Origin: Phaeosaccion multiseriatum
Taxonomy: Eukaryota; Protista; Ochrophyta, other classes
Length of the DNA: 64,000 nucleotides
Direction: 5' to 3'
Assembly: GCA_965112735.1 (NCBI GenBank)
Contig: OZ218951.1
Coordinates: 3,534,001 to 3,598,000 of the forward strand
A program made the position numbers and the translations under genes. This document shows positions 1 through 13,762 of this stretch, one piece after another. A model generated the notes under the pieces. The model did no database searches and was not told where the DNA came from. It saw only the letters and a list, made by a program, of their open reading frames with translations. How positions within the stretch are numbered: position 1 is the stretch's first letter; each line of letters opens with the position of its first letter.

Positions 1-322
1 GAGACTGCTGCGCACCTACTCGCTCACCTCGTTCAAGTAGTAGGGAGTGAGGTCGGCACCACCCCCGTACCACCCCTTCCCGGCCACCTCAAAGTACCGG
101 ATATCAGCTCTAAAAGTAGGAACGAGCGGACTTCTTGAGTGGAACACGAGCGAGAGTGCCGCAGCTGAGTATGCCTGCCCCCCTCCTTCGTCGATGCCAG
201 CTCTACCACGACCGCTCATGGCCTTCGCCCTCTCCTCATTAAGAACTCCAGATATAATGGAGAGCGAGCACGCGGCCTTCTCGAAGACATCTGACGGAAG
301 CAACGTAGGGCACGCGCGAGGG

Positions 323-361
<39 letters not shown>

Positions 362-931
362 CGCGTGTGTGTGTGTGCGCGTGTGTGTGTGTTCTTTCTT
401 TCCTGAACACCACTTAGCGCCATCCCGAGGCCTCACCTCCGTCCTCTAGAACGCGTGTTATGCCCACTCCCCTGCTAGGCTCCTCTCGCACCCATTCGTC
501 TGTGCAAAACGACTTGTCAAGCGGGCACGCAAAGAGAGAGGGGAGTAAGGAGGAAGAAAACATGGTAGACCATTTCTTCTCTGTCTCTACAAACCCACCT
601 TGCCGTCCAGCGCGGCAGCTTCCGAGCAAATCTCTTGCTGCAATTCGCGAATGAACGAGGCAAATCGTTGAAAAGTGGGACTCCCGTCCACTTGTTCCCT
701 CCCGCTCAATGAGTCCACGTCCTTAGCAACTTTTCCATCTGCCGCCTCCAGCCTAATGTGTCTCCGCTGCGGGAAAGAGTGTGGGTTTTCCCCGGTCAAA
801 GCTGAATTCGATGATGCTTCGCCACTCGGCCATCTACTGCCAGAAAGGGGCGTCTCCGCTGCGAGAAACGCGTGGCAGCAGCAGGGAAGGGACTGCAACC
901 ACAGCACGCGATGGATCCACTTCCTATGCAT
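1..931 (-). CDS. CPOX: Oxygen-dependent coproporphyrinogen III oxidase, spliced, 3' end beyond window edge; probably plastid-targeted
   Basis: Exon peptides: FIRELQQEICSEAAALDGK; FCTDEWVREEPSRGVGITRVLEDG; DVFEKAACSLS...ALSLVFHSRSPLVPTFRADIRYFEV...WYGGGADLTPYYL (HemF family motifs). GT-AG introns. N-terminus resembles a signal peptide followed by AF. Confidence 0.93.
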
Positions 932-1154
932 CCTCTACCACGCACGCTTACTTCAAATAGTTTATTATGCACCGGGCTCACCCCCATGTACATGTAGACG
1001 TATTCTACGTCCGCCCAGATCTGTGAACCACTGACTTTCTATATTTGTTCTGCGCCTGGCTGGCTCTGAATACAAAAGATTGTGCATGCCGTTGTGCTGC
1101 TTTGGAGCGAAGCAAGGGAGAGAGAAAGAGGAGAAGCAGGAGAAGACTGCGGAG

Positions 1155-2625
1155 ATGGCGGCATTGGTGGTGAGTTGAATTCCTTCTAAGGGTTGTCTTG
1201 ACCATTTCCCCACTGAAGCTGACAAACTTTCGACGGCTGCTTGGGTTGAGCAGGAGGGAAAGGAGAAGCTCTGGGTGGTGCGGCGGGCGCCCAAGCCTGA
1301 TGCAAAAGTGAGGATGTTTCTGCTTCCGTGGGCCGGGGGAAATAGCACGGCGTACACGGGATGGCAGGCAACCCTGCCGGAGGAAGTCGAAGTGTGCGCG
1401 ATAGAGCTGCCAGGGAGGATGAGTCGGGCCAGGGAGACCTGCTACACTAGTGTAAAAGGTGAGCCAGCGCGCAGTCTCTCTCTATTAATTTTTCACTGGC
1501 AGCGTACCGTACGTACCAAGCCGACGTAACTTGATGCCAAGACAGCTTAGCCAGCCTTCTGTCGTCCCGCTTTGGCTGCCCCAGATACGGCGAGGGATTG
1601 TGTGGAGGCCTTGAAGAGACTGGGGCTACTGGACGACAAGCCCTTCGTATTGTTCGGCTACAGTATGGGATCCCGGGTAAGTAGTGGTAAGCTCACCTCA
1701 AGAGACGTTTATGCTTGGAGCGAGCGAGCAAGCACGCGCGTACCCTCCGTTCCGACGCGCCTTCGCCTTCGACACATCCCCTTGCGACAACTACAGATCG
1801 CATTTGAGATGACCCGTCTGCTCCAGCGCAAGGAGTGGCCCGCCCCTGTAGTGCTGTGCGTAGCTGCATCAGAGCCACCACAGGTAAGGAAAGAGCGCGA
1901 CCCTGAAGTGTTAGAGATGCTCGTCGCCTCTTCTTGCCTGCGCCGTGAGAGCGCCCCCAAGATGTGTGGAGGTTTGAGACTCTGCGACCGATTCCGACCG
2001 ACTTAAACTTGGTTGGCCGCGTATAGAAAGCAAGCAAACAATGCTCTGCACTGCCTCATATACCCCCCGCGCCCCCTCTTGACGCCCCTCACCCCTCAGA
2101 TGTCCGAGGGACTGACAGCGGCGCACCTACCGCGAGACGAGCTCATTGCTCACTTGGTGGATATGGGGGGGCTATCGGAGGAGGTGGCGGCTCACAAGGC
2201 TCTCATGGACATGTTCCTGCCCACCATCCAAGCAGGTAGGTAGGAGGTGGGAGATGGAGGGTGGGAGGGGGAAGAGGGGGGAGATTCACGGATGGGCCGC
2301 CCACCCTCGCCGCATCTCGCACTTACTCACTCGCCCCCTCCCTCCCTCCCTCCCCCCCTCCCTCTCCATCCACCAAGACTATACAATGCTTGATGTGTAC
2401 CGTCTCAGTGACCCCAGCGAGAAGGTGACATGCGCAATGGTTGCCTACGGAGGAGAGACGGATCCCGGCGTGCCCCTCTCTTCACTACAGCGGTGGCGAG
2501 AGAACGCAAGCGGGTCCTTTGAACACAAGCTCTTCCCCGGCGGGCACTTCTTCGTCAAGGATCCAACTTCACACGCCGCACTAATGGCTCACCTCGTCAA
2601 CCTACTCAGTTCGCACTTGTCTTGA
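1155..2625 (+). CDS. Stand-alone type II thioesterase (GrsT/TEII/OLAH-like alpha/beta hydrolase), about 6 exons
   Basis: MFLLPWAGGNSTAY, AIELPGRMSR, nucleophile motif PFVLFGYSMG, FLPTIQADY and catalytic-His motif FPGGHFF. ATG at 1155 is followed by a GTGAGT donor; TGA ends at 2625. Confidence 0.9.
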
Positions 2626-3020
2626 TTACGTGACTGAAGGGTCTTGGGGAGGAGAAAAGCCGGTACGTTCGCGCGTCCATCGCTTCCATAACCTTTCCTC
2701 CTCCTTGGAGGAAGGAAACGGCATGCAAGGGGAAGGGCACACACACACAACGAATGCTGTGCACCTCGAAGTATGTATTTATTTACTAAGTGTTTATTTA
2801 TTGATTTATTTACAATTATTTACAGGCATGTATTGCCCAAAAAAAGGCCGTCCCTCTCTTCTCCTGCCAGCCTTGTCAAGGCATCTATTGCCCGAAAAAG
2901 GCCCTCCCTCTCTTGTCCCCCCAGCCTTGTCAAAATTTACTCAAAACTCTCGAGTCCCTCCATCCTTCCCCGTCCTCCGACTGCTCGTCCGTCCGCTGCG
3001 GATTCTCCTCCCCGCCCTCT

Positions 3021-5111
3021 TCAAGCCATCCTCCCTTTCTCCCTCTTGAGACCCACGCGCTTCAGCAAGAAGTTCCTGCTGCGCTCGTGCCTCGAGGAGG
3101 AAGGAACAGCAGCAGAAGAAGCGGGAGGGGCAGAGTGGGAGGAAGTGGACAGGGAAGAGGAGTGACCGAGCCCATCCCAATCCTCCTCGGACATTCGCGA
3201 CAGTGACGACTGGTGCGAAGACAATGGCGACGAAGGGGAACGGAGAGCCACCTCCTCCCCCGCCTCCAAAGCTGCAGCCCCAGCAGCAGCCACGGCTGCA
3301 GCCACAGTAGCGCTCTCGGGCTCTGAGGAGACTACCCTCTCGATTGAAGCAAACAGGTCTTCTTCTCCTCCGGCCCACGTACTCGCCAAGTCCTCTCCTG
3401 CTGTATCACCACCAACTCCTGCTGTTACGGAGAGGCCTCCATGCTGCCTCCGATCCCTCGAGTCCCTCCTCCTTGTCCTTGTCCTTGTCCTTGTGCGCAT
3501 TGTCCTTGCCCCCAAGAGCTTGTCCACGGTCCCGAACAGTACATCTCTGGCGTCGTCTGTATCACCACCATCATCCTTCTTGCCCTCTGCCGATCTCCTG
3601 CCATCCCTACGGCGCAGAGAGGACCGCCATCCCCGCGTGTCGGACAGAGCCCACTCTCCTCTTGATCGGCCCCGTGCAGAGACGGAGGTCTCCTCCCCGC
3701 TGCCGCTGGAGGTTCCTCCGTCCTCCTCTTGTCTCCCTCCTTCCGAGGAGGAGCTCCCGTCCCCCTCCTCGCCCTCCTCGCCCTCCTCCTTCTCGCCCCC
3801 CTCCTCGTCCTCGTCCACCTCCTCCTCGTTCGCCGCGTCCTCGTCCACCTCCTCTCCCTCCTCCTCCGCTTTGCTCTCTTCCTCCTTCTCCTTCTTGTCT
3901 CCTAGTCCGGCGCTGTCCCCACTCGCTCTTGCCAGCGATCGGCGAGTAAGCGCAGTGGGAGGCAGTGGGCGGGAGGAGGCGTGAAGGTCCGTTGAGGAGG
4001 CTGCACGTCTCCTTATCTTGGGTTTGACTCCGAGGGTGTTCGAAAGAAGGCTGCCAATGTTGCTGAAGTTGCGGCTCACCTTCGAAAAGCAAGCGGCGAA
4101 GCAAAAGTCATATGGGCACAGGACAAGACAAGGGCGATTCCATGAGAGAATTGTAAGGAGCCCTCGCTTCCACACCGCACCAGTACGTGTTGACTGGCCC
4201 GCCCTCCCTCCCTCCCGCCCTCCCGCCCTCCCTTCCTGCCTCTCTCCCTCTCTCCCTCCCTCCCTCCCTCACCTGCCCCAGAAAGTCAACGATGATGTCC
4301 CTCCGCATCTTGACGAGAAGCCGACGCACCGTCCACACCTTGTTGGAGTATATGAGGGGATGTATCTTTACATGCAAGTTCTCGAACATCTCGAGGTTCT
4401 TAGAAGGGTCTCCTCCATACGAGGTGATGACGTTCACTTCGCCGAGTCGGACTGGAGGGGGGAAGAGCAAAGCAAAGCAACGCAAAGCAACGCAAAGCAT
4501 TAATTAGCACAGCACACGAGAGCAAAACAGAGCATGGGGGCGCAAACCAAATCAAAGCGAGGCAAAGCCGAGGAGGGACGGAGGGAAACAAACGATACAT
4601 CTTTCCATCTAGGAGGGGCAGGAGAGTGGTAGAAGGACGGCAGCGGATGGCAGCGGATGGCAGCGGACGGGGGGGGGGTGCGGTGCGGCGTGGTGTGGTG
4701 GTGGTGATGGTGTTGCAGGGCGGGGGAGAGGAATGGGGGAGGGGTTGCGACTGACTCCTGACTCACTCTGACTCACTTCGTTTGAGGGCAATCTCCTGGC
4801 CCAAAATCGTCTTCTCTTCGTCTTCCTCGTCGCTCCCTTCCTTGGATTCCAAGCCGCCAGCAGCACTGCCAACACCTCGCTGCTTCTGAGGCAATGACCT
4901 GCCCCTGCCCCTGCCCCTGACCGCCCTCTGTGTTCCTCCTCTCGCACGACACTGCCACCGCCCATTGCGCAGTTTGTAGGCACTTGAGCTCTCCCCTACG
5001 AGGCATCCTCCGCTTTCGCCGCTGGCAACGCTTACAACAGTGGGGCTGTGGCTCTCATCGCTGTGTCCACCATCGTCTTCGCCCTCCTCATTGTCGCCCT
5101 CATTGTTGTCC

Positions 5112-5147
<36 letters not shown>

Positions 5148-8077
5148 CCTTCATCATCATCATCATCATCATCACCATCACTATCATCATCATCATCATC
5201 ATAATCATCATCATCATTGGCAGCATCATCGTGTTCCTTACGCTGCTCATCCTCCTCATCCCGCGAGCCGGCTCTGGACTTCTTCCTCGACCATCGCTTC
5301 ACTCTGCCCTCTCTGTCCTCTTCCTTCTCACCCTTGTCCTTCCTCTTCCCCTTCCCAGCGGCCTTCTCCTCCCTACGCTTCTTCTTCTTCTTCTTCTTCC
5401 GCCTTCGAAGCTTCTCCTTGACGCGTTTGGCCCCCGCCTTGACCTTTGCGAGAGTGGCGAAAGGCCCCTGCTGCTGTCTCTGCTGCCGCTTGCCCAGCAA
5501 CATGGTCCTCTTCTTGTCCGCCTCGCCGCTTGCTCCCCCATGCCCACCACGCACAGCGCCTCTAGCAGCAGCGGCGGCGGCGGCGGTGGAGGAGGAAGAC
5601 GAGGGGAGCTCCACCGAGCCTCCTGATGCCGCAGCATGGATCCTCCTCTTGTCCAGCAGCATCATCGCGGTCTTGCCCTTGCCCTCCTTCATCCTCGCGG
5701 TGGCCAGTGCCAGTCCCTTGATGACGTGATCGCCAAACTTGGTAAGGTCCTTCACAAGTGCCTTTTGAAGCCGTAGCACAATAGGGCACACTGTAAGCTC
5801 CACATGCCGCACCAGCGGGATGCCCTGCACAGGGGACCCGAGCTTGGCCTGAAAGCGGAGCATGGGGGAGCCCCCTTTGCTGCTCCACAGCATCTGGGCA
5901 ATGGAAAGGCCGGTGAAGAACTTGCCCTCCATCATCTCAGTGGTCAAGGGCCAGAGCACCTCGTAGCCCGACCCTCCCATCCCTTCCCCTCCCTCCTCTC
6001 CGTCACCACTCCCCCCCTGCCCGAGCCGACCGAGTCTCGCCGCCTCTGCCCCTCCCGCCCCTCCTGCCTGCCCTGCTCCTCCTCCTCCTCCTCCTCCTCC
6101 TCTCATATGTGCAGCCATCGCCGCCGCTGCCACCGCTGCCGCCGCCGCGACACCATTCTGATGTCCCCCATGCCCCGTGGCAATGTGGGAGCCTGAGGCT
6201 GCGGCACAAGTGTCGTGCTTGACGAGTACGCTGCCCACGTCAATCTCTACAGACCCTGACTCGTCGTCGTAGAACATTGCGCTGGCAGTGAGCTCCTTCA
6301 AACTCAACCACAGGAATGGTGCTCTGCTGCGCTCCTTCCAGAGCTCCACACTCACACCCGCGATGACTACCTGTGAGTGAGTGGGTGAGGGGGTGAGTGA
6401 GTTGAGTTGAATTGGGGGGGGGGGGAGGGCGTATGAGTGGGTAGGTGGGTGGGTGAGGTGAGTAAGTGAGTAAGTGAATGAGTGGGGGTGTGGGTGAGTG
6501 AGTGAGTGAGTGAGTGAGTGAGTGAGTGAGTGAGTGAGTGAGTGAGTGAGTGAGTGAGTGAGTGAGTGAGTGAATGAGTTGGGTGGGTGAGGGTGCCAGT
6601 GCGTGAGTAAGCGAGACTGCGCGGGTGCGTGGGAGCGTGTGGGTGACATGAGTGAGAGAGAGTGTACACCACACCAGTAGTACTACTAGTAGTGTGGGTG
6701 AAATGAGTGAGTGAGAGAGAGAGAGAGTACACCAGTAGTTACCTCAATGTCCATGTTGGGTGTCCTCTGCAAGGCCTGAGCACGCAGACGCAAGAGCTGT
6801 CGCAGATACTCCGCTGCGGTGTCTCGCTCCACAAGAAGAAGCGAGAGGCTCCTGCTCAGATCCACGGCCCACCACAACACGTGCACAAGAGGCCTCTCCC
6901 TCTCCCTCTCCCTCTCCCTCTCCCTCTCCTCCCCAGAGGCAGAGGGTGTCAAAAGGTCCCCCCCATGCGCCCCTTCCGCCCCAGAGATGGCCTTCCCGAA
7001 CGCGCCACCCTCCATCCCTCCGTGGGCTGCCATCCCCCCCCCCCCGGCCAAGTGCCCGATGCTGCCTCCCCTCCTAAACGGCACCGCATCCCTTCCTCCT
7101 CCTCCTCCTCCTCCCAAGCCGCCACTTTGGTGCTCCCAAGAGGCCGTGCCGGTGCCCGCAGTAACCGTCATACTTGCAAAGCCTGCAAAGCCCGCAAAGG
7201 ATCTCTTAGGGGACAAGTCCACCGCCGCTCTATCCGCTCTATCCGCTCTGTCAGCTCTTCGAGACATACCTCTGCTAAAGAGCCGCCCAATCGACCTTGC
7301 CATCTTATCCCTCTTGTCCCGGCGGTGCCTATACTCAGCAGTGGCGACGGGAGGAGGAGGAGCTTCCCCGCCTCCTCCTCCTTCCAGGTTAAGGCTGGAG
7401 CGGTGCACGCCAGAGGACGACGACGACAACCCTGTTGCCTCTGTATCACCAACTGCTGATGCTGCTGAGGGGTTCCAAAAGGGGATGGAAGAGGAGTCTG
7501 ACTTGGAACTGCTGCTCCTTGGCACCAAGTTGCTGCTGCTCCTCGGTCGGGTGGAGGGGGGGTTATTGCGAAGGTGGTCACCATCCAGGTCATCGAGGCT
7601 CAGGCCCACACTGGTTAGCAGAGAGCAGGCCTCGTCCTGCAGGCGCCGCATCTCCGACACTTGCCAGTTGATGGCCTGGAGACACAACACGTGCGGACAG
7701 GGACGGTTACACAGGCGCGGACAGTGAGGTGTGTGTGGGGCGGACACAAACGAGCAAAAGAAGGAATTACAGAGGACGAGGAGAATGCGCGTGGTGAGAG
7801 GAGTAAGGTCCTTGCTTGCTTGACTGTTTAGAGAAAAACAAGCTCACACCTAGACACCGACACCTCGACAACACTGCACTGCAAACAATCAACACCGCAC
7901 CTGCTGCCTCTCCCACGCAAGCAACACTGCCTCATGGTATGTGGCGAGGTGCCTCCTCTCGTTGGGCAGCACGTGCCGGAGCTCGTCGGCCACCCTCCTT
8001 GCCACGCCCTTGCGCTTGCGCTTCTCGCTGCGGAGCAAGTGCTCGTCGAGGGGCAGAGGCGAGTTGGCCACCTGAGT

Positions 8078-8110
<33 letters not shown>

Positions 8111-8255
8111 TGGTGATACAGCAGGCGGGTGGTGCCGCGGTGAGGGGATAGGATGAGAAGGTGATGAAGCACGGGGGGTGTTTACGCATGATTAGCCGCC
8201 CCTCCCCCTACCCCCCCGCCCCCCCACACACGCGCACGTACACACACCCACATAC

Positions 8256-8290
<35 letters not shown>

Positions 8291-11200
8291 ACACACACGT
8301 GTACCTTGTGCACGGCGCCAAGGAGCTGATACAGTTGGGAGGGGCTGCTTGACACAGCCAGCGTCTGAGGCACGAGCAGAGACACAGCGGCGGCTTGCGT
8401 GGCCCCGTAAGACGCCAGCACCTAAGCACAAAGACCGGCGGCACACAGGTGTATGTATACAAAGACAGGCGTGCAGTGGGATGGATGGGTGGATGGATGG
8501 ATGGATGGGTGAGTAAAAGAGGCGCAGAGAAGCCCCCCCCCCCCCGCCTTCCAAGCGATCCATCATAGAAGCATATCGATCGAACAACCCCTCCTTCCCT
8601 GCTCCTTTTTGCGATGAATCGTTACCTGCAGTTTCATCAGTGGCACTTTGTCGACAAGGGGCTTAAACACCCCGTACTGCAGGGGGCTCCTTGCCTCCGC
8701 TTCTTGTTCCGCCGCCGCTGCTGCCGTGAAGGCAGCTTCATGCCCATCACCACACTCGTCAAAGTCAGCCCTAGCAGCAGCGGCGGCGGCAGCACTGGTG
8801 TCAAACGCTGATTCCGGCATCCACATGACGCCTGCACCTACATCCACATCCGTCGGCGCCACGCTCAGCATGGCCCCTTCCAGTGTCAGCACCACGGCCT
8901 CCTGGAAGGATGGCAGCAGACGCTGTGCGAGGCACTGCAACCTACAGTTTCGCATGATGGTCTCCCTCTCTCCGGCTTCTCCTTGTCCTCCTCCGGGATG
9001 GGCTGCTCGACCGAGGCGTAAGGAGGAGGCAGCAGCAGGGGGCAGACCGACCCAACCCTGCACGGCGAACAGGGCAATGCTGAACACGGCGCTGGCGTTG
9101 GCGTCCACCTCGTCCAGCACTTGCACCTTACGTACATATAGCAGTTGGTGACGACAGGGGAGAGGGATTAGACGGGCGAAGGGGAGTGGTGCTTCGAAGG
9201 AGGAGCGATAGAGATCGGCCGCAGCTTTAAGTGTAGCCCTTGCCATTACCCCACCCACCCATTGACTTACTACCTACCCACCCATTGACATGTGAACCCA
9301 CCCACCTGCACTTGATGGAACTCGATGGAGGCGAGTCGGTGCATTGTACCACCGGGGTCTCTGAGCCCCTCACTACCCGACATACTCCCCGCCATGCTCG
9401 ACATGCTCAGGCGGCGAAGGGGCGGAGAGGGAAGGGGCGGAGGGTACGGCTTGGTCTGTCTCTGGGGACGCCCGCCGTCACGGCCTGCTCCGCCTCTGTC
9501 TCTTTCTCTTTCTCTGTCTCTGTCACTGCTCCCCCTGGCGTCAGCGTCTCCTCCTTGTTGTGCTTGTCGTCGTTGTTGCTGGGAGTGCTGCACTTCCCCT
9601 CCGCCCATGCGCTCAACACCCGAGGGTCCTGTGCACCCGCCTCCGCCTTCTCCTCCTCCGCGACCAGAAGAAGATATGCCAGGCCCCGCCCCTCCCACTG
9701 CCACGGGGTCTTGCTCGGCAGCTTCGGCAGGCGGGAGGCGTCGTCTCGGTGGCGATCGAGAGGGAGACAGAGAGCGGGGCGACAGGGAAGATGAACAAGA
9801 GCCCGATTGCAGCTTGGAAGCCTTGCCTGTAATGGAGGTCCTCCTCCTGCTCTTGACACTGCCCCCCCCCCTATGCTGCCGATGAAGGCTTCGAGGCGTC
9901 AGGACCGGCTCAAGAAGGCCGCCTCTCTCCTCGTCAAGGGTCTCAAGAGGCGGCGGCCGATGCTGATGTAGGTGAGACGGGCTCGCTTGACTTGTCGCTG
10001 GACTACTCGCCGCCCAAGGAGGACCACCACCGCTCTGCACAGCCGTGTCTACCTGCACCGCTGCACCCCCCCTCGGAGACCGAGACAGAGGCGAACCCGC
10101 TCCCTCTCCATGAGGAGAAGGAGAAGAAAAAGGTCCACTGCCGATGCGTCCATCTCCCTTGCCGTCGGAAGCCCTCCCACCAAGGCCAGCGGTATCACCG
10201 ACTGCTGTACCACCAACTGTTGTACCACCAACTGCTGTGCCTGCTGCACTCGGAGGGCTCGGAGGAGCAGTCGAAAAGGAGTCGCCTCGGGGGGAGCGCC
10301 GCGCGGCGGGCAGCACCGAGCGGATGTCGAGCGGCACAAACCCGTAACGCGAAGGCGAATCCATGCTGCCATGAGCAGACATACCGTGCGTGTGTGTGTG
10401 GGTGCCGGTACCGTGGAGGTGGACATGACCATTGATACTTTGGCCCGGCGCTTGACCTTGACTGACTGCAGCGAGGTGAGCCTCGTCAGCATCGGATCCG
10501 TCCTCTTGCACACGAGCCTTGGAGGGTACGAGAAGCTCGGGCATCACCTGTACCACCAACTTGTACACGTTCTGAGAGGAGGAGGAGGAGGAGGAGGAGG
10601 AGGAGGAGGAGAAGGAGGGAGGAGGGAGGGGGGAGCGGGGAGCGGGTGAGAGGAAGAGAGGAGGAGAGGAAGACCACATATATACTCTAAACGGACGAGC
10701 CCCTCCTGTGCATGTGGAATCGGAATCCTTTCCCTCTGCGCAGTCCATCCACAGCCTAACTCACCTCCAGCAGTTTGACGAGGGAGTCCCTCGTGTCCAG
10801 CGTAATCAGCACCTTGACCCCCACGACAACAGCGCGGTAGAGAAAAGGAGAGCCTTCTGTTTGCTGCCCCTGCCCCTCCCCCCGCCCCTGTCCGTCCCCT
10901 CCCCCTTCCGGCCCTAATGGCTCCCCTGAGACAGAGAGTGGACCACGCGGGTGCGATGGCGAAGACAGCCAGACAGACCTACCCTCTCTGCTCCGCCCCG
11001 GCCCTGTTGCAGTACCACTGGCACTGGCATTGATGGCATTGGCATGGACTTTGGCATGGGCATTGGCATGGACCTTATTGTCCTCCCCCAGTCCCTTCAC
11101 CGAGTCTCGGGAAGCGCTCCGAGGCGCCGCCGTCGCTCTCTTAGCCTTGGAGGAAATCCACGCACACGTGGACGCGGCACGGATCTTTTCGTCCCAACCC

Positions 11201-13727
11201 TTACTGTCATCTTCATCATCATCATCCTCCTCCTCCTCGTCTTCGTCGTCGTCCTCCTGCTCATCCTCATCGACTTGGTCCTCCTTCTTGCCATTGTCAT
11301 CGTCGCCCCCAACACGAGAAGCAGCAGCAGCACTGGCACCAGCAGCAGCACCAGCAGCAGCCGGGGAAACGGAGTTGCATACCTCCAACTCAGACTCGAC
11401 CCCCTCCTCCCTGTGCTCCGGCAACCCCAGGCTCGACAGGCTCTGGCTGCGGTCCTGTGTGAGCCTCAACAGCTCCATATCCGGCGCATCTGCATCCACG
11501 TGCTGCTCTTGGAGACGCCTTGCTCTCGCCGCCGCCGCCGCCGCCCGTTTCTTGAGAGAAGGCTTGCTACTGCTGCGCCTGCTCCTGCTGCTACTGCTGC
11601 TGCTACGGATCGTTGTCTCAGGGGGTGGTGGGACCACGGACTCTCTCTTTAGCTCCAACGCTTCGTCTCCAACTCGGGTGGCCCTCCTCCCCCCCTGACT
11701 CTCCTCCTCGTCCTCGTCCTCATCCTCGCCCTCCGTCCCCCTTTCTTCCTCTTCTTCATCGTCACCGCCTGCTGCGCCCTCGCCCCTTCGGCCATCACCA
11801 CCACCACCACCACCACCACCACCACCACCACCACCACCACTGCTTCTGCTCATCCTACCCCCGCCTTGTCGCATCGTCAAGGAATCGCCTGACAGCAAGA
11901 ATGTCCCTTCCTCCCCCTCCTCCTCCTCCTCGGCACGGCTACTGCTGCTGCTGGTGGTGCTGCCGCTGCTGCTGCGGCTGCGGCTGCTGCGGTTGGTGGC
12001 CAAACCTACAAGGCCTGCCAGACCCGCAAGACTCGAATCGAGCACACGCACCTCAAGGCCAGATACATGAAGCCTAAGCCCGTGCATGGCCCAGATCTCC
12101 CCTCCTCCTCCCCCACAGGTGTCGGGAATGACGACAAAGCCGCTCGCGAACGGGTCCTCCACGGCCCTCTCCTCCGTGACCTTCACCGCTAAGCTCGCCC
12201 CTCCTGTCATGAGTACTCGTACACCCCTCCTCTCCCCCTCCTCCCCGTCGTCTGAAGATACACCACCACCGCCACGGCCGCCGCCGATCGCGGCTCGGGG
12301 GGGGAGGAAGGTATCGCACACGATGAGCTCCAGCCCCGATACCTTCAACGGCCCCATGGACACACCCCTCACGTGCCGCTTTAGCCCCACCAAGCCCGAC
12401 GTGTAGGAGGGCCTGCACTGGGGAGGGAAGGGAAGCCGAGGCCTGCCCAGCACGGCCTTCCCTAGCCGCCACAGCGCAGGCAGGCAGCAGCCGTACGCCT
12501 GCACACGCAGTTGATTGGGCATCGGCCGCAGTGCTGACGTCAGGTCGGCCAGCGAGCGCAAACTGGCCACTGCAGGCGGGAGGCGGCACTGGGTAGAGGG
12601 CCTCCTCCGATGATGGCGGCGACGAGCCTCGGAGCCTTGCTCATCATCGCCCTGGGCATGTTGGTCATCCTGATCGTCCTGGTGGTCTTCCCGGTCGTCT
12701 TGCCCCTGGCCGGAGAAGAAGCTTCCCGTCCCTGTCCCTCTTGTCGTACCCGTGACTGGGTCAAGGCCCCCCAGGGCCATGGCTGTGAGAGCGAAAGAGG
12801 AGCGAAGGGTCTTGGCTATGGCCTTGGCCTTAGCCCTGGCCTTAGCACGAGCAGCAGCAGTGGCAGCAGTGGCAGCAGCAGCAGCGGCAGCAGCAGCAGC
12901 CGTGGCATCATGAACCACGCCCCCGGCCCCGCCCAACACACTGTGGCGTGCGGTGCCCCCCCCCTCCTCCTCCTCCTCCTCCTCCTCCTCCTCCTCCTCC
13001 TCCTCTTCTTCTTCTTCCTCCTCTTCTTCTTCTTCTTCTTCTTCCTCCTGCCCAATCTCCTCTCCCTCTTCCTCCGTGCAGCTCTGGTCCTGATCCATAT
13101 ACGCTTGTTGCTGGCGCCGTCGCTCACTCGCGAGAAAAGCGTCGCTGTTCGGAGCACAGGCGCTGACCTCAAAGGCCACACCGTGGCTCCTAAAGCCCTG
13201 CAGCCGCTCCAAATAGTCATCCTCTTCTTCCTCGTCCTCTTCCTCCTCCTCACGCACTGCTTCAAAGTACACCCCGTCACTCAAGCAGCTGCTGCGCCGT
13301 CTCTGTCGAGGTCGACTCGTACTCACAGGGGAGCAATTGTCCTCCTCCCCCCCAGCCCCAGCGGTTGGTGATACAGATACAGCCCCAGCCCTTCGCAGAG
13401 GAGTCGGCGCCGGCCTCTTCTCACGCTTCTCGTCGAGCAGCTCACACACTGCCCAGTGCTGCTTCGGATCGCCCATGCACTGCCAGGCAATGTCCACGTG
13501 GCACTGGAGCACGGGCAGCTCTACAAGAGGGGGCAAGTCCTCCACAGGTGTAGGATCCAAGCTCACGGCCACTCCCACCACCTCCGCGCCAATCTCTCCG
13601 ACTCGGTAGGCTGCCGTGAGCAGATTCACCGACAGGAGCACCGCGGATGCTTCTCGTCTCACTCCTCGCGTCTCATTCGCGCCTCCAAAGCCTCCCCCTC
13701 CCCGCCCTCCTCCTCCTCCTCCTCCTC

Positions 13728-13762
<35 letters not shown>

